Position numbers and translations under genes: made by a program. From Calcarisporiella thermophila CBS 279.70 (lineage: Eukaryota; Fungi; Calcarisporiellomycota): 64,000 bases of DNA. Each line of letters opens with the position of its first letter. The first letter of the stretch is position 1. The DNA lies in assembly GCF_041956535.1 (NCBI RefSeq), contig NW_027192198.1:248743-312742 (forward strand). Reading direction: 5' to 3'. The notes beneath the pieces were generated by a model, which made no database searches, was not told the DNA's origin, and saw nothing but the letters and a program-made list of their open reading frames with translations. This document shows, piece after piece, positions 43,453 through 56,009 of this stretch.

Positions 43453-46400
43453 ATGCTCCCTAAAGAAATCCCGCGTCTAATATTAAAGGTTATTCGGCAT
43501 CAAGCCACTGAATCCGAGGCTCTAGACGCGATTGATGCATTTGTCGAGGAGCATAAGGATGTCGACCTGCCTGAACAACGTGATCGGCTTTCACACGAAT
43601 TAGTCACACAATTTCACGAATTGTTTCCTAACGATCTTTCATCTCTTTTTCAACTAAACTCCGCTGGATCTAATGCATCGCTGCAGAACAGTCTCCTCTT
43701 CTTTCTTCTTGCTCTGAAGCATCTCCTCCCGTACCTCCGTCCAATACGATTGCTGGATGATTGGCTAGATCTCGCATTATCATCTTCTCTCTACTCCCCT
43801 ACATTTCCTAAAACATTGCGTCAGATGTGCCACAATTTGCTGTTGGATGTTCTGACATTCGACTATAATGAGGAGGAAAAAGAGAATGCTAAACGATTCC
43901 GCGTAGAACTGATTGAGCTGTATCTGAAGCAACGTTTACGGCTCCAGGTTAAACCCTCAGCTCATGCAGAGCTATCTCCTCAACCTCCACCTGAGAATTC
44001 ACAAAGGGATGATGGAGAGAATGGAGATAATTCTGAAAGGTCTCAGTATGAAGAGCGTCAGGATTTGAATTTTGAAGCAATAACAAGTACAGAACCTGAA
44101 GTATGGAGCCAGGATTTAGAGGCTTTACTACATGCTTATGGATCTGCCAAACCAAAGGTAAGATTGGAGATATGAGCACCCGCCCCTTAAGATCTAATTG
44201 CCACATACCCCAATATAGGAGTTTTTCACGCTGCTTAACACCTATTTTCTTCAAAGTCGGTTCCGTTTGTTGGTGATCAACTTGTTGAGTCAGTTCATTA
44301 GAACCCAGGTAACCCTAGTTGAATATTCGTCGATTCTTGAGTTCTAACATTTGACATTATCTATAGCGACTCCACCTTCATGATATTTTGGAAACACCTT
44401 TGTTCGAATCCCTCTTAAAATCCCTTCAGGTTTGTGCTCTCTACCTTGTACTACCAAGCAACAATATTAATCTTTTCTCTCTTTCTCTTTGTTTCAAACG
44501 AACAGTTAGACAACTCTACTACGCTCACCGCCATCAATTTATCCTCGCTTGTAATGCTAACGCCTCAAATTTGCACCTCTCTTCCGCCCTACCTCCCACA
44601 GCTCTTCTTTATTTTTGCTCGTGTGCTCTGCTGGGATTACCATCAGGGTGTGCGCGATGCCGAAGAAGCCGATTATTCCGACCCCACTTTATTCGCCACC
44701 GGCACTACCAGCGATATCCGAGAGATCTCTCCCGAGACTTCATCAGCACGCAAAAAACCTCCTATACCAGGCTGGGACCGCGTAGACTCCATCTCCAATC
44801 TCACTGTTCCCTTTTCAAATCCAAGGGCAGCTCCGTTTTTCACGGTCTTATATGGGCTTTACCCTTGCAATTTTTTAGCCTTCCTCAGAGCTCCACACGA
44901 ATATTTGGAAAAAGCAGGATTTGTACCAACGGAAGATATCGATATCAAGGGGCTGCACTCAAGGTCACTGGTGAGTCTATGCATTTTGCCACTGCAGATT
45001 GCAGGCCTCTGAGTCTTGATATCATAGGCTCTTCTTGATCGTCATATTATGCACCCAAGTCTAATCCTCCAAGACCCGATATCCGAGTTGACCGACGATT
45101 CGCGCTGGCGCGGAATGGAGCCTGCGGATATTGTCGCGCAATGTGTTGGCTTTGACCTCACCAACGTGGCTTCACGCGTCGCATTTCACCAGCAAGCTAA
45201 TCTCGATAAACGAGAAAAGAAAGTCGATGATTTTGCTGCTCCTAATATATCCTCCGAGAAACCGACGGGCAATGAACAGCTTTTAGAGGGAAGTAAAGAG
45301 AAAAAAGAAAGTAGCATTAAGGAGGAGCCACAAAATATACCAGTTAAATTCGAAAAGGAAGTGTCCAAAGACATAGATATGCCGGAGAGCCAGAAGGCCA
45401 AGCTGGAGCCGGTTAAGAAGCAGCAAATTATGCAAATACTCGACCTATATCAATCACTTAAAAGTGGAACAGAACTCTTGGTTGATAAGGACCCATGGGT
45501 AACCAGAGTTTTCAAGGATGGTTTCTCAGCTGATCCCGACTAATTTTATTCGTTTGACCGTCTCAATTAGGAATCACACATCGAGCCTAACGCTACCAAC
45601 AAGTACAACACTCAAGGAGATCCCCTTTTTAACCTTGATCCTTCCACTGATCCACGCACCACCATTGCATCATTACAGCGCGAAATATTGCTACTACGTA
45701 ATGAACTCAATTTCGAACTCTTTTTAAAGCAGCAGCACTTACAGCATATCGGCCGGCTGCACCGAGAACATCTCTCGGATATGCGCGGAGAAGCGCAAAT
45801 AGAAAACCTGGTATGCAAGCATATCGACTCGCGTCCCTTTTGGAGACATAGTAACATTGTTTCTGATATTAGATGAGTGTATGCAAACATCTGCGTCGCA
45901 AACTCGAAAGTGTCGAGTATCAGTACGCCAAATATCGCGAGAGTCAAACCTCCCTTCTCAACCGCAGAAGACAATACCAAGATGAACTGCACAACAAACT
46001 GCGCAACTTACGTGGCACGTGCCAAACTATTAAACATGAAAAGGAGATTTTGAAGGAGGAGTTGGCCAAGGCAAATGCAGCCCTTGCCGCACAGGCAAAA
46101 GAGCTCGACGATGAGAGAGCACGCGCTTTTACATTGGAGAGTAAACTTAAACTCTGGGAACCCAAAATTGAACGAGTGAGTGAATGTGAATACAGGATCG
46201 AACAGTTGACGAAGGAGTTAGCGCTATGGCAGGAGGATACAAAGCAAATGGAACAGCAGGCGAAAATGCTCGAGGCTATGGTAGAGAGGTGTCGATCTCT
46301 GGAGATATTAGTGAGTTCTTTAGAGGATGAATCGAAGCGGAGCCAGCAGAAAGCAAGGTAAGACCCACAACATTATTGAAAGTGGCCATTCGATGAATCG

Positions 46401-47028
46401 ACATTAACACCACAAAATTATAAGCCAACTCGCACTCGAAGTAGACGACCTAAAAGCGCGGTTAGAATCTCGCCAAGATCCAACGGAACCGCCAAGCTCC
46501 ACAGGGGGACTGCGACAAATGTTGCGTACAGAGAGCGAGCGAAGACAGCGAGAAGTTCAGACATTGCAAACGAGTTTAAACGAGCTACGGTCGAGGAACG
46601 AAGAATTGGAGGTGAGTATTTTATGAAATATTGAGTTTTTGGGTTGATCTTAAGAATATTTAAATGGGTAACTATGGCTTACTCTATTAACTCAAAAGGC
46701 ACTGGTGATTGAGCTGAGGAGCGAGATTGAGAGCATTGAGTTGCGACCGCCGCCCATCCCGGCCACTTTTGAAGATCCAATAGCATCCTCTGCTTCATCC
46801 ACCTCTGGAACCCAAATCAACGCTACTAGCGTATCGAGTGACAAGTCTTCTCAACCTAAGAGCCCAACTAGCGTGAAGCCAGAAGGCTCAGAAAAGGAAA
46901 AGGAGAAGGAGAAGGGAAAAGGGAAAGAAAAGGAAAAAGATAAGGGGAAGGGGAAGGGGAAATCAAAAGAGAAGAAAAAGGAGCGTCCCCCCATTGAGCG
47001 TTATGTTAGCATGTCCTTGTATCATTAA
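43453..47028 (+). CDS. TSC1: Hamartin (tuberous sclerosis 1 homolog), multi-exon
   Basis: LFESLLKSL, FTVLYGLYPCNFLAFLR, HPSLI...ELTDDSRW..EPADIVAQC, LQREILLLRNELNFELFLKQQHLQHIGRLHR, long C-terminal coiled coil. Confidence 0.92.
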
Positions 47029-47521
47029 CGGTGCAGAAAAAAAAAGATTAGCTTATTATAATTTACTCTTGTTGCTATTTCATTTTGCTTTTCTGAACTC
47101 ATTTTTTTGCTTGCCATTACTTTGTAAAGAGTTAACCCTTTTTTTTTTGGCCTCTGCTTTTTTTGCATTCCTTTTCGTTCCGTCTTAAAACATTAAAATA
47201 AAAAAAAAAATAAAGAATTTACTTCATCTTTCGCAGGATGGCCTAAAGCCGAATATTTAATAAGTTAGAGAAGAGAAAGGAAAGGTATCACTATCTACAG
47301 TATCAAACATAAAAAAAAGGAACATACTGTACAATAGGACATTATTGGAAGAGTATAAGAAGGGAAACGAAAAGAAAACAGCTTGAGAATGGATTAATAA
47401 TATACATGTTTACCAAATTGATGATTAACAAAATTAATGTATACAAAACACAATAACATATCAAGGTATTACTGTGATCCTCCCACAAAATCTTTGGTGC
47501 ACCCATGATCCACCAAGAATA

Positions 47522-49255
47522 TTATCCCAACCTCTCTTCGACTTGTTCCCTTTTCTCGCCACCGCCCCAAAGTTGGGGAGATTTGCTGTAACTTCTTTCT
47601 CGTACTGCCGCCAAATACCCAATGTCTTTCATCTCCTGCATCAGACGAAAAGCCTCGGTAATCCCTCGCTGATAATAGTCAAGAAGCAGCGGGTTGAGTT
47701 TTTCCTCTTCCTCAACTTCTCCCGCATTGCTTCGCCACGAGGCATGGTACGCGGCTGCACCCGAGGCTCCGATTAGTTCATCCTGCAAGGACTTTGATCC
47801 CTCTCGATTCCTAGGGGAACGTGCTTTGCTGCCACTGTGTTTCCAATCCTCCAGCTGCCGAGTCATCTTTGAGGGGGATGGCCGCGACAAAAGTAGAGGT
47901 GTTTGGGTGTTTTTAGATTGACATTTTCTCCGAGCAAAAAAACTGGCTTCTCCTTTAGTATCTGTCTCTCCAACCGCTGATCCCGCCTTGATATTAGGAA
48001 AGGAATGGTTCGCACCTGCAGTGGCTGATTTTAAGGGAGATTTAGGAGATTGGGTCAGGAGGGCCGGCAAAGAGTGGAACGAGAGGGGTCGCGGTCGTTG
48101 TACACTCAGGGATCCCAATCGTGAGTAGAGGGGATCATTTGGGGAGATGTGAGGGATGAGAGGATTTTTCCGAGGGGAGGGGCTCTTAGAATTTGGAGGC
48201 GGGGTCTTCGGCTCAGCATGAGTCAAGTTGACCTGCCAACTTATTGTTGCTGTTTCTGCAAACGGGGACACGGCGATCTGCCTCGTTGCGGCGCGATAGA
48301 GTGGATACGTGCCCTCTCGTGCTCCCTTCTCGATGCCTTTCAGTGGGATCTCCACATAGGCCACCTCCTCTCCACGATAATAGAGCCTCACTTGCACAGG
48401 CCCTAATTTTTCTCCCAACTGAGAAAAGGTGCTGCTCACTGGGAAATAAATTGTTTCTCTCGTCAAATGAGGGGACATGAATTTCAAAACTGGCGACTCC
48501 ACTTCATGACCCAAAAGCGAGAACCTGAAATAGAGCCCGTCATCTCTCAGTGGAGGCAACCCTTTACGTTGCGGTATCAAAAGGGTGAGATTAGATACGG
48601 AGAGAATATTCAGCGAGACGATAAAATCTTCCATCGGCTCTATCATCATACTCGTCGATGGGATCCGCGCTCGTCTCTCCCCACCATGCTCAATCCCACC
48701 ATACCATACTTCCAATCGCAATTCAGGTCCAAATCTTTCCTCACCACCCTCACTGGCGTCGCGCTCGTTCCCTAGAGGTCTCCACAGCACTATCTTTCTC
48801 TCTTTTACGTCCCGCAATGCAATTTTAAGCCCTCCCAACTTCTTCTCATGCCCTCTATTGTCGATTTCATTCCGCCATTCCCAGCACTCAATGTCAAGCG
48901 CAGCATCTCGTGCCCGCAAAACACATAGACTGCTGGCCTCTACGTCATACACGTGAGTCGCTGCCCAACTAGGGCGAGGCACGCACGGCACAGGCGGGGT
49001 GGTGAGCAACGAGGACGTACAAAGAAACTGGGTGGGATCTAATTCGAGCGGTTGTGAGAGACGAGTTCGAACGATGAGTTGTGTGCGAGGATTCTCGGGG
49101 AAATTTATGCCTAATACAAGTCAGAATGGTGTCAAAAACAGTCCATCAATCAACCCAATCTGTTGCCGATAGGCTTGACATCTGTGTTTCTGCATACCCT
49201 CGTGAATAGTTACCACCAAACTGCACAAACCGTCAATAGTCGCACTCTTGAGCAT
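47522..49255 (-). CDS. CEP120-like protein: two tandem C2 (DUF3668-type) domains and a low-complexity tail (intron 49111-49197)
   Basis: Spliced N-terminus LVVTIHEG|INFPENPRTQLIV..LTTPPV..PSW..LDIECW..LGGLKIALRD..W..L..PELRLEV and second domain FIVSLNI..NLTLLIP..LYFRFSLLGHEVES..VEIPLKGI...EGTYPL. Both parallel CEP120 C2A and C2B as recalled from memory. Confidence 0.65.
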
Positions 49256-49674
49256 GTAAAATCGCTGATTGCTTGAGGCTGATTCTCTTTAATTTTTCTG
49301 TTTTCTATTTTAATCTTATCCACTAATGAAGTGCAAAAAAATCAAGCAAAATTCTGAACCATATAAAAGTTGAAATTGCAACTGCCCAGGATTTTATTGG
49401 CCGAGCTCCGATAAAAGTCACACATTAAATTCCCGGCAAGGCAATGTACATCTTTATTTACTTTATTCCCCCGTCCTCTCATTTTCATTGTGCTGCATGG
49501 GTGCACATAAAATTATGGATCAACCATAAGATGCTGAAAGAAAGGGGAGGAAAAAATAGGAGAAAATCATTTACAAATAAAATTGAAGTGGTATAGAGTG
49601 AAATCAAATAAATAATAGCGACCAGCGATAGAAAAATCAAACGAACAACAACAGAGGCTCTGGACATCAGTCCA

Positions 49675-50773
49675 CTAGCAAGAAAAACATCGCTCACCCT
49701 CACTCTTTCCCTCAACTTGCTTCTCAAGTTTAGCTACTCTTTCTTTTAACTCTTCCAGTTCCTTCAGCAGGCTCTTGTGGCTCTGGACAGAAACGTCACA
49801 CCAAGCTTCAAGAGGCGCCATGAATTGATCCTTCTCCATACCGAATACATCACAACTTTCCCCCTTCCTTTGCCACCAAAGTCCCTGTGGGTGCCTTTGC
49901 GGCAACCGCTTTTCCTGGCTAAACTGTTGCTGGCGACGTGCATTAATAATAGCTTGCTGCTGCCGTTTAAGAGCCATAGCATCTTTTACGCGTTGCATCA
50001 TATGTGTATTAGGGTGGACATACGGATGAGTCTGAGAACGGATTGTGCTAGGGTGAACGGACGTACGTGGGCGTTTGGAATAGGGGCAGGGTGTGCTATT
50101 AAGGAGGTGCTTGATTCCGGCCGTATAATTGATCGGTGGCAAAGGTGATTCGCGCTTGAAGCAAGTGGAATGGGTATGGGGTGGTGAGAGAGATTCCATC
50201 TTAACGCAGACAGACCTAGAGAGAGGAGGAAGATAAAATGTGAGCAAATAGTATACGGGAAATTTGAATGCGACCACCTAATACTTACTCGTCATCGTTA
50301 TCTAACATGTCCTCGATGGCTACCTTCCCTCTCCTCTCCACGACGGGGGGGGTCATCCACTGACTCCTCTCTCCTAGTCCTTCCTCAAGAGTTCGAACAA
50401 ACTCGATTTCCATCTCCGTCTCTGCACGCTCCAGCTTTTGTAGTTCATTCATTTCCGACAAAACTTCTTCTACTGAACCGTTCACGTATTCCTCACGGCT
50501 TAAACCAGCCAACTTTTCTAGTTTAGCGTCTCCGCGTAAATCGTACCCAGGTACATAGCGGTCTCCACCTCTCCTGTCAAGTAATACTGTGTTGTAGGTC
50601 GCGGCTGGAAAGAGTGCCGCAAGATCCCTCTGGCGAAAGTATATGGGCATAGAGGACGATTGGTGGCCAGAGGAGGGTGGCGTCAAGTGCCTAATTATGG
50701 GGAAGAAGACACTGAATGTCGAGGCGCGTCCTTCGCGCGTATACATTCCGAGTTGGAGTCGCGAGACGCGCAT
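49675..50773 (-). CDS. Hypothetical protein of about 340 aa with a C-terminal coiled coil; two track ORFs joined by intron 50216-50288
   Basis: GA|GTAAGT...GCTCAC...pyrimidine tract TAG|G restores the frame (..DDE-SVCVKMES..). Ends LLKELEELKERVAKLEKQVE. Confidence 0.6.
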
Positions 50774-51589
50774 CTTATGCTTAGAAAGAAAAGAAAAGAA
50801 ACCAAATAGAAAGGGGAGGAGGAAGGAGGGCAAAGAATAGCTCGCACTCTATATATATTTCGGGCTGGGATGGATATTGTCACAGGCGTTTCGTTTGTGG
50901 GGTCGACAAACCCTTTTTTTAGCTTTGTGACTGGGTTTCCGAAGCAAAATATTAACCCACTCAGCGCATCGTCAAATAAAATCCGTTTGTTTGGATCCAA
51001 GATCTTAACAAGAGGAGTACCAATGTCTGAAATCATCCTCGGTAATTTCTTGGGAAAAAAGATATAACAGCCAAACTCAAACAAGGTTCAACCCTTTGTT
51101 CTGTACAAGAAAAAAGACAATAAATCTTCTTAAAATTGTATTGTTCCATACTCAAGAGCACTGCTGCAGTACTATTTCGCGGAAGTGTATCTTTCCGCAT
51201 TAATGATGCGGGATAATTAGCTGTGATGGAATTGATCCCATTGGAGTTGCCAGAGAAATAAAAGGGTTGGGATCGAGAAACAAAATCCGTCAATCCCGTG
51301 GATGCGGAAATAGTATGCCCATATTTTACCAGGTACTTGAGAGGTAGATGGAAATACCCAGAATGGTGGATTTGTGCAGTCAGAACTCCATTTCTTATAG
51401 GAAAAGTAAGAGGAACAAACAAACATTGACTTTCGTATTCGCTCAAATTGTCTTTTGCTAATGGTCCCCCTCCCTCCTCATACAAGTAAATATAAAACAT
51501 GAAAGAGGAAAATAAAAAAGAAGCTAAAAACCCGAGGGGGGGAAGGGGAATAAAAAACACCAATAAGAAAACGAAGCCGAGTTAAGTGC

Positions 51590-53036
51590 TTAATACAACA
51601 CCCGCGTAAGAATATTGGCAGGCACTTTGGATATTCTTTCGTAGATATCCTGAATTTCCTTGTCGCTCACATTATTAATATCCGCCATAAGATAGGCAAT
51701 ACTTCCTTTGCTGTCGGAAAATTGCTTATCAACATTGTGTGCCGACAAGATTTCGTTGATCTGACGAAGTACACCGGGAACGTTGTGATGAGTATTCAGC
51801 ACACGGATCGAGTTCTTCTCCTCGACAGGAATTGCACGTAGATCAACTTCAGGATAGTTGACTGCGCCAAGGGTTGTGCCATAGTTGATAAATTTGCAGA
51901 GTGCAGTTCCCACCTCAACCCCAATCATACTCTGAGCCTCCTCTGTGGACCCGCCGATGTGAGGCGTAAGAATAAGGTTAGGACAACGCAAGAGCTCTGG
52001 ATAGTCACTAAAATGTGGGCCATTTGCAGAGGGCTCCTTCGGGTAGACATCAAGCGCCGCGCCCGCCAGCCTTCCTGACTGAAGAGCTTCCACAAGCGCA
52101 GGGATCTGTACCACCGTCCCGCGCGATGCGTTGATCAAGTACGAGCCCTCCTTCATTTGAGCCAGCTCGGTCGCACCGATCATATTTTTTGTCTCCTCGG
52201 TCTCGGGTACGTGCAGCGTGACAAAATCAGAAGCCCCCAGTAGATCCTTGAGGGTTGGTACCTGGCGCGCCATCCCAAGAGGCATTAGCTGCATGATATC
52301 ATAAAAATAGACCGTCATCCCCATCGATTCCGCAAGAACTGAAAGCTGAGAGCCAATGTGGCCATAGCCGACGATACCCAGCGTCTTACCGCGGATTTCG
52401 TAGCAATTTTTAGAGACCTTATTCCAGAATCCTTGGTGCATTTCTATGTTGCGATCGCCAAGCTGGCGCGAAAGCGTGATAATTTCACCAATAACCAATT
52501 CGGCAACCGAGCGTGAATTACTGAAGGGAGAATTGAACACGGCAATCTACAATTGAGAAATAAGCGAAATAAGCTGATGCTCTATAAAGTTCGTCTTAGT
52601 CATCCATTAAAGCAATTTACCCCTTGCCGCGCTGCCGTCTCAAGATCAACTTGATTTGTACCAATGCAGAAACATCCGATAACCAGCAATTTCTTTGCAG
52701 CCTGTAGCACTGCTTTGGATAACTTGGTTTTGCTGCGAATGCCTATAGCATGTACATCTTGGATCTTTTCGATGAGGACATCTTCTGGTAAAGCTTTCAG
52801 ATGATGTTCGACCTAATAGATAGCAAGTCCGTCATTAAAGATTATATTCCGCGATAGATAACTGGTCAGCTTCCTACCTGGTACCCCGCTTTCTTCAACA
52901 TATCTACAGCGGTTTGGTTCACATTCTCCAAAAGCAAGATTTTGATCTCAGCAGTGTTAAATGGCTTCAACTCTTTGGGCCGAGACTGGCCGAAGGAACC
53001 GCGTCGCGCCGAGTTGTGCTCAATGGTGGTGGCCAT
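51590..53036 (-). CDS. SER3: D-3-phosphoglycerate dehydrogenase with a C-terminal ACT domain (3 exons)
   Basis: KILLLENVN, IGIRSKT, IGCFCIGTNQVDL, FNSPFSNSRSVAELVI, LGIVGYGHIGSQL, LTPHIGGSTEEAQ, HHNVPGVL. Confidence 0.95.
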
Positions 53037-53636
53037 AATTCTATAGCTTGTGAATTTTGGTTTTTTTTATTTGTATTTCTCCAAGATAGAAAATAGGAGG
53101 TTTTTTATCTTATCACTTAAAGTTGCACAAAAACTAAATGCGATGCGTCAATCTGTGTGCATTGTATTTTAGTTTTGGGGTTGTTTGGGTGGCCCCCTGT
53201 TCTTCCTCAACCTCCTGGTAACCTAGAGAAACAGGCTAAATACTAGAACGCCTCCCCTCAATTACTAACTTCCTCATCCTCAATATCCCCCTCTCACCCT
53301 CTCCTTGACCTTGATCACTTTCCCAACGTGTTCTTGATCCCGCGAATCACATCCAAGCCCAGTGATGCAATATGATCAAAATTTATTAATTGCTCTTACT
53401 TTTTAACTATTTAATATTTATTAACTTTTAACCCTTTTGAATATGAAAAATGCATAGGATTCTATATTTTACAGCGGTATGCAAAAAAAAAAATAACGCA
53501 AATTGATGCGAGATGGAACGCCATGGGAAGAAAAAAAGAAATGGGTCTTATGTAAACTGCAAGAGAGCGATGAAAAGTATGAATAATATGAATAATATGG
53601 CTAAGTGAAGATGAGAATATGCTAAATATATATTAA

Positions 53637-56009
53637 TTAAGATGTCCTTCGATCCTCGAAATCAAAGGCTTTCCAACTCCAGCGAGGAATGTTAACTGCA
53701 ACTGCCGGAGGAGAAGCTGGCAATGATAATGCGGTAGTATTTTGGCTGGAAGAGCCCGTATCCCGATGCTCGATTTGTTGGCTCTCCTCGATTTCTCCGT
53801 CGTGGTTCTGCCGTGGAGTTTCAAAGCTCTGGCGGATTTCTTGACTTTCCAATCCATTACGCACAATCAGCTTTGTATCGGCAGGGCCGCGTGGTTCAAA
53901 ACTACACCACTGTAAAGAGTTGACTGACCAATGGCCTACATTGGTGGCGGATGAATCTGTAGACTGACGAGAGGGAAAGACTGAGTGAGTCGGGGATAAG
54001 GTGTCGGACACGAGTGTATGTGGAGCGGTGGCTGCTGAAGCGGCAGAGGTTGGGATTACATTGGATACCTGGGAGGAGGAGAAGCTTGAGCTAGAGCGAC
54101 GTTGCGACTTGGGTTGAATCTCAATTATCTGAGCAGGTTGAGCATGGAGAGTCTGGAATACAGCAACGGAGGGCGGTAAATTGACCGAGAAGGTGTGCAT
54201 TGTGCTGCGATGTTTGGAACCAAGATTGGCCGTCGGTAGAGCGGCCCCTCCCGGCGACTGTGTGGCCATGCTGCTCTCCTCGGAAGGAGTTTCGTCCATT
54301 GTGTATGGAGAGCAACATGTACTTTGGAGGGGCGAAATAGAACTTTCTCCTTGCACAGGAACGGCCTCCTCAATCTGATGGGTTTGGGTTGGCTCCACCC
54401 TTTGCGGCTCCGATGAAGAGAGGCCCCTGTCTGTCTCTGAGGCGACTACTGGTTTGGGTTGCATCTGCGGATGTAGAATTGGTGGTGGTACAGTTGGTGG
54501 CGAGGCTGGTGTTACCAGTGGTATGGAATGGAATTCCGCAGGCTCTTCTTTCATATCTTGAGAGTATCGGGTGTGTTTGGCGAAAGGAAGCTGATCGCTG
54601 CGCCGTCGCATCCTTCCTAGAATCGATAGTCTTCCGCTGCGCTTCAAGTAAACCCATAGGCCTCCTCCTAGGACAACCAGCACCACACCCACGGTAACTC
54701 CCACAATTACCGGAATCCGCGATCCAGTGCCCTTCTTTTCCACCGGGCGGGAAACAGACATGGCAGAAGCCGTGCGCTGAGACTGCTCGTTAAGCTCCTT
54801 TTTTTGACCATCACTAGCTCCGACTAATCCGGCCTTTATTTGTTCCTCTCCGAGCCACGCCCTTGAAGCCACGTCCAGGAAATACGGCTTCGCATCCGCC
54901 AATTCCCCCGACACTGCTTCTCCTCCCCAAATCATCAAAACCTGGTCTCCGATGCGCGTCACTGTGTGTGCTGCACGCTGTGAAGGTACCAAGGCCGGAT
55001 CCGCTGCATCTGGCTCGATTGGCGTCCAAGTGAGCAGAGGGGCTTTGGAAAGATCAAGAGCCCACACATCATTGTAGTAAACAAGGCGCTTCTTCTTGGT
55101 ACTCTTTCCTCCAAATACATACGCTGTTTGGCCATCGGCACTGAGAGCCATCCCTGCCCATGCTCTTGCAGGTGGCTTCGCCCCATTAAGATAACTCGGC
55201 TTAGCATAATTAAGCTGGCTTCTATCGAAGATGGTGCAGGCATTTGTATCGATATTTTTAGCATCTGCCCCAAAGCAAGTAACAAGGAATCTTCCTGCTG
55301 GTACTGTATTGTGTCCGACCAAAGGTGAGGGAAGAGGAATAAGAGGCTGCCATACCATGGACTTCAGATCAAGCCGCCACACATCGCCGAGCACTTGTTG
55401 TCCCCCCATCGGAAAAGCAAGATTGATATTGTCAATATTATAATTGACATTGGCGTTGACACTGCTAGATTCTCGACGCATCGGGGCAATGGGCGCGGAA
55501 GCAGTCAGCGCCGCCATCCCCCCAAGCACATAAGCAGAGTCATCAGCCAAAACTGCACTCTGCCCCATCCTTGCGACTGGGCCATTTGAAGCCCCTGTCG
55601 AACCTCCACCGGTTTCAGCGGCGCGTGTCGTTAAATCCGCGACGGTTCCATTTTCTGCGCTAAATACCATCGGGATTCCAAGAAGCGAGCCCATACCAAA
55701 CAGAAACATTATATGTCCATCGGCATCAAGAGGTAGAGCGCTGTGTCCGGCGAGAGCGAGCGAGTCTGCTGGAATTTGCCGAGTTAACTGAGGACGAGCG
55801 GGATCAAATATCTGTACACTTGTGGCAAGATGGTCTTGCGCGTCTGTAGTGCCTCCAACGATAAAGACCACGGAGTTATAAAGAGTAGCGGTGTGGAAAC
55901 GGCGAGGAGCAAGTGCTTGGTTCGTCTGTGCCGCTGTTAGAAGAGCAAGCGACAGCAACACAAGCAATATCATGGATATAGTATTGAGGTGCTTTGCAGT
56001 GGAACTCAT
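53637..56009 (-). CDS. Intronless kelch-repeat type I membrane protein (signal peptide, kelch propeller, one TM, Ser/Pro-rich cytoplasmic tail)
   Basis: Hydrophobic N-terminus; repeats of RxxH..(F/L)GG..W; TM IPVIVGVTVGVVLVVLGGGLWVYL followed by KR. Confidence 0.85.
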   Translation of the reverse strand: MSSTAKHLNTISMILLVLLSLALLTAAQTNQALAPRRFHTATLYNSVVFIVGGTTDAQDHLATSVQIFDPARPQLTRQIPADSLALAGHSALPLDADGHIMFLFGMGSLLGIPMVFSAENGTVADLTTRAAETGGGSTGASNGPVARMGQSAVLADDSAYVLGGMAALTASAPIAPMRRESSSVNANVNYNIDNINLAFPMGGQQVLGDVWRLDLKSMVWQPLIPLPSPLVGHNTVPAGRFLVTCFGADAKNIDTNACTIFDRSQLNYAKPSYLNGAKPPARAWAGMALSADGQTAYVFGGKSTKKKRLVYYNDVWALDLSKAPLLTWTPIEPDAADPALVPSQRAAHTVTRIGDQVLMIWGGEAVSGELADAKPYFLDVASRAWLGEEQIKAGLVGASDGQKKELNEQSQRTASAMSVSRPVEKKGTGSRIPVIVGVTVGVVLVVLGGGLWVYLKRSGRLSILGRMRRRSDQLPFAKHTRYSQDMKEEPAEFHSIPLVTPASPPTVPPPILHPQMQPKPVVASETDRGLSSSEPQRVEPTQTHQIEEAVPVQGESSISPLQSTCCSPYTMDETPSEESSMATQSPGGAALPTANLGSKHRSTMHTFSVNLPPSVAVFQTLHAQPAQIIEIQPKSQRRSSSSFSSSQVSNVIPTSAASAATAPHTLVSDTLSPTHSVFPSRQSTDSSATNVGHWSVNSLQWCSFEPRGPADTKLIVRNGLESQEIRQSFETPRQNHDGEIEESQQIEHRDTGSSSQNTTALSLPASPPAVAVNIPRWSWKAFDFEDRRTS

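Noticed and set aside
50695-51563. ORFs 51033-51563 and 50695-51084 between SER3 and the hypothetical gene
   Set aside because: They begin in low-complexity 3'UTR-like sequence and show no recognisable domain or supportable splicing.
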